From Chthoniobacterales bacterium (GTDB taxonomy: Bacteria > Verrucomicrobiota > Verrucomicrobiia > Chthoniobacterales > UBA6821), in assembly GCA_044326465.1 (NCBI GenBank), contig JBIRBD010000002.1, positions 1 through 38,832 on the forward strand: a stretch of 38,832 nt of DNA, written 5' to 3'. A program made the position numbers and the translations under genes. Shown one piece after another: positions 36,345-38,832 of the stretch (position 1 is the stretch's first letter; every line of letters begins with the position of its first letter). The notes beneath the pieces were generated by a model. That model ran no database searches and had not been told where the DNA came from. It saw only the letters and a list, made by a program, of their open reading frames with translations.

Positions 36345-38336
36345 TTATTTGTTCTCATTTTTTGTTTCTTCTACTGCTTCAGAGGTTGCAGACTCAACAA
36401 TTGGTTCAATTTTTGTAGTCAAGAGGTAATTGGGAGCTTCCTCTTTTTGTTTGAGGCGGCCTAATTGTCGCATTTCAGAAGAGGTAATGGCTTCTGGATA
36501 GTAGTCTCTTCCTATTTCTCTAAATTGAGGAGGTTCTGCTTTGTAAGGCTTTATTTCCCAATAATTATAAAATTTTTCTGGTGATAGTCCCCATTCTTCT
36601 GGAAGTTTCCAGACAAATAAAACTGGTATGTTATTATCTCTTGCAAAGGATAATCCAAGCTTACTTGTCACTCTAAAAAAAGATCTTACTAATATAGAAT
36701 CAAGCACTATTTTTTGGTCTTTTGTTAGGCTTTTATATCTTGTTTTTAGCGCATTTGCATCAAAAAGCTGATCTGTAGCTAATTGAGTGCCAGCATCAGC
36801 TAATAAATCTAAAGCAGGGGATAATATTTCAATAATACGGTTCCAATTCTTGTTTAGAAAAAATTGCTTTAATGGATCAGAAATATTATGAAGCCTTGTA
36901 ATACCGTAGTAATTTTTTGCTATAAAACGCTTTTTTTGCTCAGGGGAACCTAACTTATTAAAAAAATTAAAATGATATTTATATGTTTCTGAGCCTAAGA
37001 AATCAGCCCATAAGTGAATATTATCATGAGATAAATTAGTTTTGTTTCTAGCGTTAATTTCTTTAACTCTTTCAGGGCTAATGAGATTTCCCGGTGAGTT
37101 ATTTTTTAGTTTATTAGTAAATTCACAATACTTAGTGAAGTTTAAATGAGCGCCAATATTAAGGCAGTCATTATAATCATTCATGGTTACAACGTTATTA
37201 AGTTTAAAAACACCTCCTAATTTATTTTTTATTTCATCTCGTGGTCCAACAGATCCGCTTTTACCATCGAAGCCGTAGAGTAAAATTGGGTTATTGCAAA
37301 TAGGCTCATTACCCGTGGAAGGAGATAATATATTTTCTCCACTATGCTGAACTATTTTAATATCGTGCTTATACTTATTGCCTAAGTGAGATAATAACGA
37401 TCTAAGAAGGCTAGCCTGATCTTGATCTTCTATTGAGTATCTGTCAGCACGGCGTGCTTCTCTATCTGTTCTTTCAAGATCGTTAAATCGCTGAGCAATC
37501 AGAAGAACTTTTTCTTCAGGTGTCGCATTAATAGCCTCTACACTAAATAGTTGCTCGATTTCTTTCCATGTGACATGTATGTTATAGGGATGGGATGAAG
37601 GTTGATTACTTTCAAGAAGATGAATGATATCTGGAACAACGATCTCTTGACCTTTTTTAAGATCCTTAAGGAAAGCATGTCGTTGAATTTCGGATTCCTT
37701 TTTTTTTGTATCTCTGGTAATGGACAGCGCAGCCATACCATCATCGAGTTCTGATGGTTGAGCTATTTCTGTTGTGGCAGCTGTAGATTTATCAACTGCA
37801 GCAAGAATTTGTTCGAGTTTTGTAGTGCTAAGACGAAGTTCAGATGTTGCTGCAGAAGGGAAGTCAGTCTCTTGAGGAAAATAGCTATGAATTAAATTGC
37901 CAATCTCAGTAGCATGCGAGGGATATTCTTGTTCCAGTACAGCTTGCAAGGCTTGAATGATTTCACGATCATCATTATCGCCAAGCATACGATTGGCATC
38001 AGCTGCAGAATGAATAGCAGTATTATTACCATTCAGAACAAGGCGTTCTGTGGGAGTTCCCTCAGCAGCTTCTCTAAAGTGTTGAAGGGTTAGAGAAGTC
38101 CTTTGAGGAGCATTTTGAGAAGTTAGATCATCAGGAACTGTTACTGTAGGATCACCTGCTTTTAACATAAGTTCATGGCCGAAAGCCATGAGTCCAATAA
38201 ATCCAACGACTGAACTTACATTTCCGATATAAGAGTTGACGTTAGAAGTTGAAGTAGGGGAAGAAACTGCAACTAATGTCAACATTTTTGAAGGAACTTC
38301 GACTTCAAAGGAGTCGTTGTTATATGGCAAACTCAC
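36345..38336 (-). CDS. Large orphan protein (663 aa from a GTG start) with one hydrophobic segment near the N-terminus; candidate secreted or effector-like protein
   Basis: Long uninterrupted ORF with no recognisable family motif. The reading frame stays open 120 nt upstream of the GTG, to 38456. Confidence 0.6.
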   Translation of the reverse strand: MSLPYNNDSFEVEVPSKMLTLVAVSSPTSTSNVNSYIGNVSSVVGFIGLMAFGHELMLKAGDPTVTVPDDLTSQNAPQRTSLTLQHFREAAEGTPTERLVLNGNNTAIHSAADANRMLGDNDDREIIQALQAVLEQEYPSHATEIGNLIHSYFPQETDFPSAATSELRLSTTKLEQILAAVDKSTAATTEIAQPSELDDGMAALSITRDTKKKESEIQRHAFLKDLKKGQEIVVPDIIHLLESNQPSSHPYNIHVTWKEIEQLFSVEAINATPEEKVLLIAQRFNDLERTDREARRADRYSIEDQDQASLLRSLLSHLGNKYKHDIKIVQHSGENILSPSTGNEPICNNPILLYGFDGKSGSVGPRDEIKNKLGGVFKLNNVVTMNDYNDCLNIGAHLNFTKYCEFTNKLKNNSPGNLISPERVKEINARNKTNLSHDNIHLWADFLGSETYKYHFNFFNKLGSPEQKKRFIAKNYYGITRLHNISDPLKQFFLNKNWNRIIEILSPALDLLADAGTQLATDQLFDANALKTRYKSLTKDQKIVLDSILVRSFFRVTSKLGLSFARDNNIPVLFVWKLPEEWGLSPEKFYNYWEIKPYKAEPPQFREIGRDYYPEAITSSEMRQLGRLKQKEEAPNYLLTTKIEPIVESATSEAVEETKNENK

Positions 38337-38404
38337 ATCTTCAATGTGAGAGTTGAAGTTAGTAGTTGAAGTTACAGAAGAAGTAATTTCACCATTAATT
38401 ATAT

Positions 38405-38791
38405 CTACCCTGCCAGCTTTGCTGGCTTCTTCCTGTAGCCTATAGGCTGTAGCCTGTTAATATACTGAATTGGGGAATTTTCTCGTCCAGCAATGACTTC
38501 ATAATGCCATCGCCCGGGCGTCCCTACGCGCGCGATGCAGGCTTTCTCAGGATCAGCGAGCATTTTTTCATCATAGAGATGAAATTCATCTGTTGCTGCT
38601 GCTACATTAAGAAATTCACAATAATCACTTGCCGTAACTTCCTCTTTGTTCAACGAACCTTGATAGAATGATTCACTATTTTGATATTCTTTGATCTTAG
38701 AATGCTGAAGCTCATCTGAGATACTCTCTGAAAAAAGAGTGTTAACATTGAGCAAAATGACCAAATAAAAGAAAAAATGAAGAGGGTTCAA
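38405..38791 (-). CDS. Signal-peptide protein with an N-terminal fragment of an FGE/SUMF1-like domain; probably the 5-prime part of a disrupted gene
   Basis: Hydrophobic N-terminus FFFYLVILLNVNTLFS. VTASDYCEFLNVAAATDEFHLYDEKM...IARVGTPGRWHYEVIAGRENSPIQY fits the VTN..Y.EFLN..A..D...LY...M....I.R.G..G.Y.Y.V..G.EN.PV.YV pattern. The rest of the domain is missing. TTG start. Confidence 0.5.
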   Translation of the reverse strand: MNPLHFFFYLVILLNVNTLFSESISDELQHSKIKEYQNSESFYQGSLNKEEVTASDYCEFLNVAAATDEFHLYDEKMLADPEKACIARVGTPGRWHYEVIAGRENSPIQYINRLQPIGYRKKPAKLAG

Positions 38792-38832
38792 GAGGGATAG
38801 ATATGTTAGAAAAGGAGCTAAAAAATATTGGC

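Noticed and set aside
38411-38456. Reading AYRLQEEASKAGR (the 663-aa ORF frame upstream of its start) as the YRLPTEAEWE.AARGG block of an FGE/SUMF1 domain
   Set aside because: The match is short and gapped, and the intervening W.DA..F.NWL block of the domain is absent. It does not justify calling a full frameshifted FGE domain. Only the frame-fusion observation is kept.

Overview
AT-rich bacterial chromosomal window, about 40% GC by eye. From memory, RpoB, RpoC and L7/L12 look PVC/Chlamydiae-like; no search was run, so the taxonomy is inference. All protein calls rest on motif recognition in the supplied ORF translations.

Layout:
(1) 1-927 is gene-poor and repeat-rich, with a minus-strand tRNA-Arg(CCG).
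(2) 928-3093 holds a two-HKD phospholipase D family protein and a split short-chain chromate-transporter (CHR) pair.
(3) 3354-15402 is an uninterrupted same-strand block rplK-rplA-rplJ-rplL-rpoB-rpoC-rpsB-tsf. There is no secE/nusG upstream, and EF-Ts is a short 196-aa form.
(4) ptsN-like EIIA (15656-16141) is flanked on both sides by modular palindromic/heptad repeats; argS follows at 16452-18227.
(5) 18314-36143 is an ~18 kb glycan-assembly locus. It has one divergent GT2 and a tightly coupled plus-strand operon: a GT4/GT-A fusion, GT25, Wzm/Wzt ABC exporter, two exostosin-like GTs, a GT-D-like protein, several GT-B enzymes, Gmd, an atypical SDR and a GT2.
(6) 36345-38791 (minus strand) holds a 663-aa orphan protein and a 128-aa signal-peptide ORF with an FGE/SUMF1-like fragment. 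The two are separated by a frameshift that sits on a 14-nt-period direct repeat.

Most interesting observations:
- An O-antigen-like ABC-transporter-dependent glycan pathway in a chlamydia-like core-genome context.
- A Wzt whose C-terminal domain looks like a Uma2/PD-(D/E)xK fold rather than a carbohydrate-binding module.
- The repeat-associated split of a putative ~810-aa secreted protein.
- Two families of 7-bp tandem heptad arrays in intergenic DNA.

No CRISPR array, rRNA, transposase or integrase was seen.
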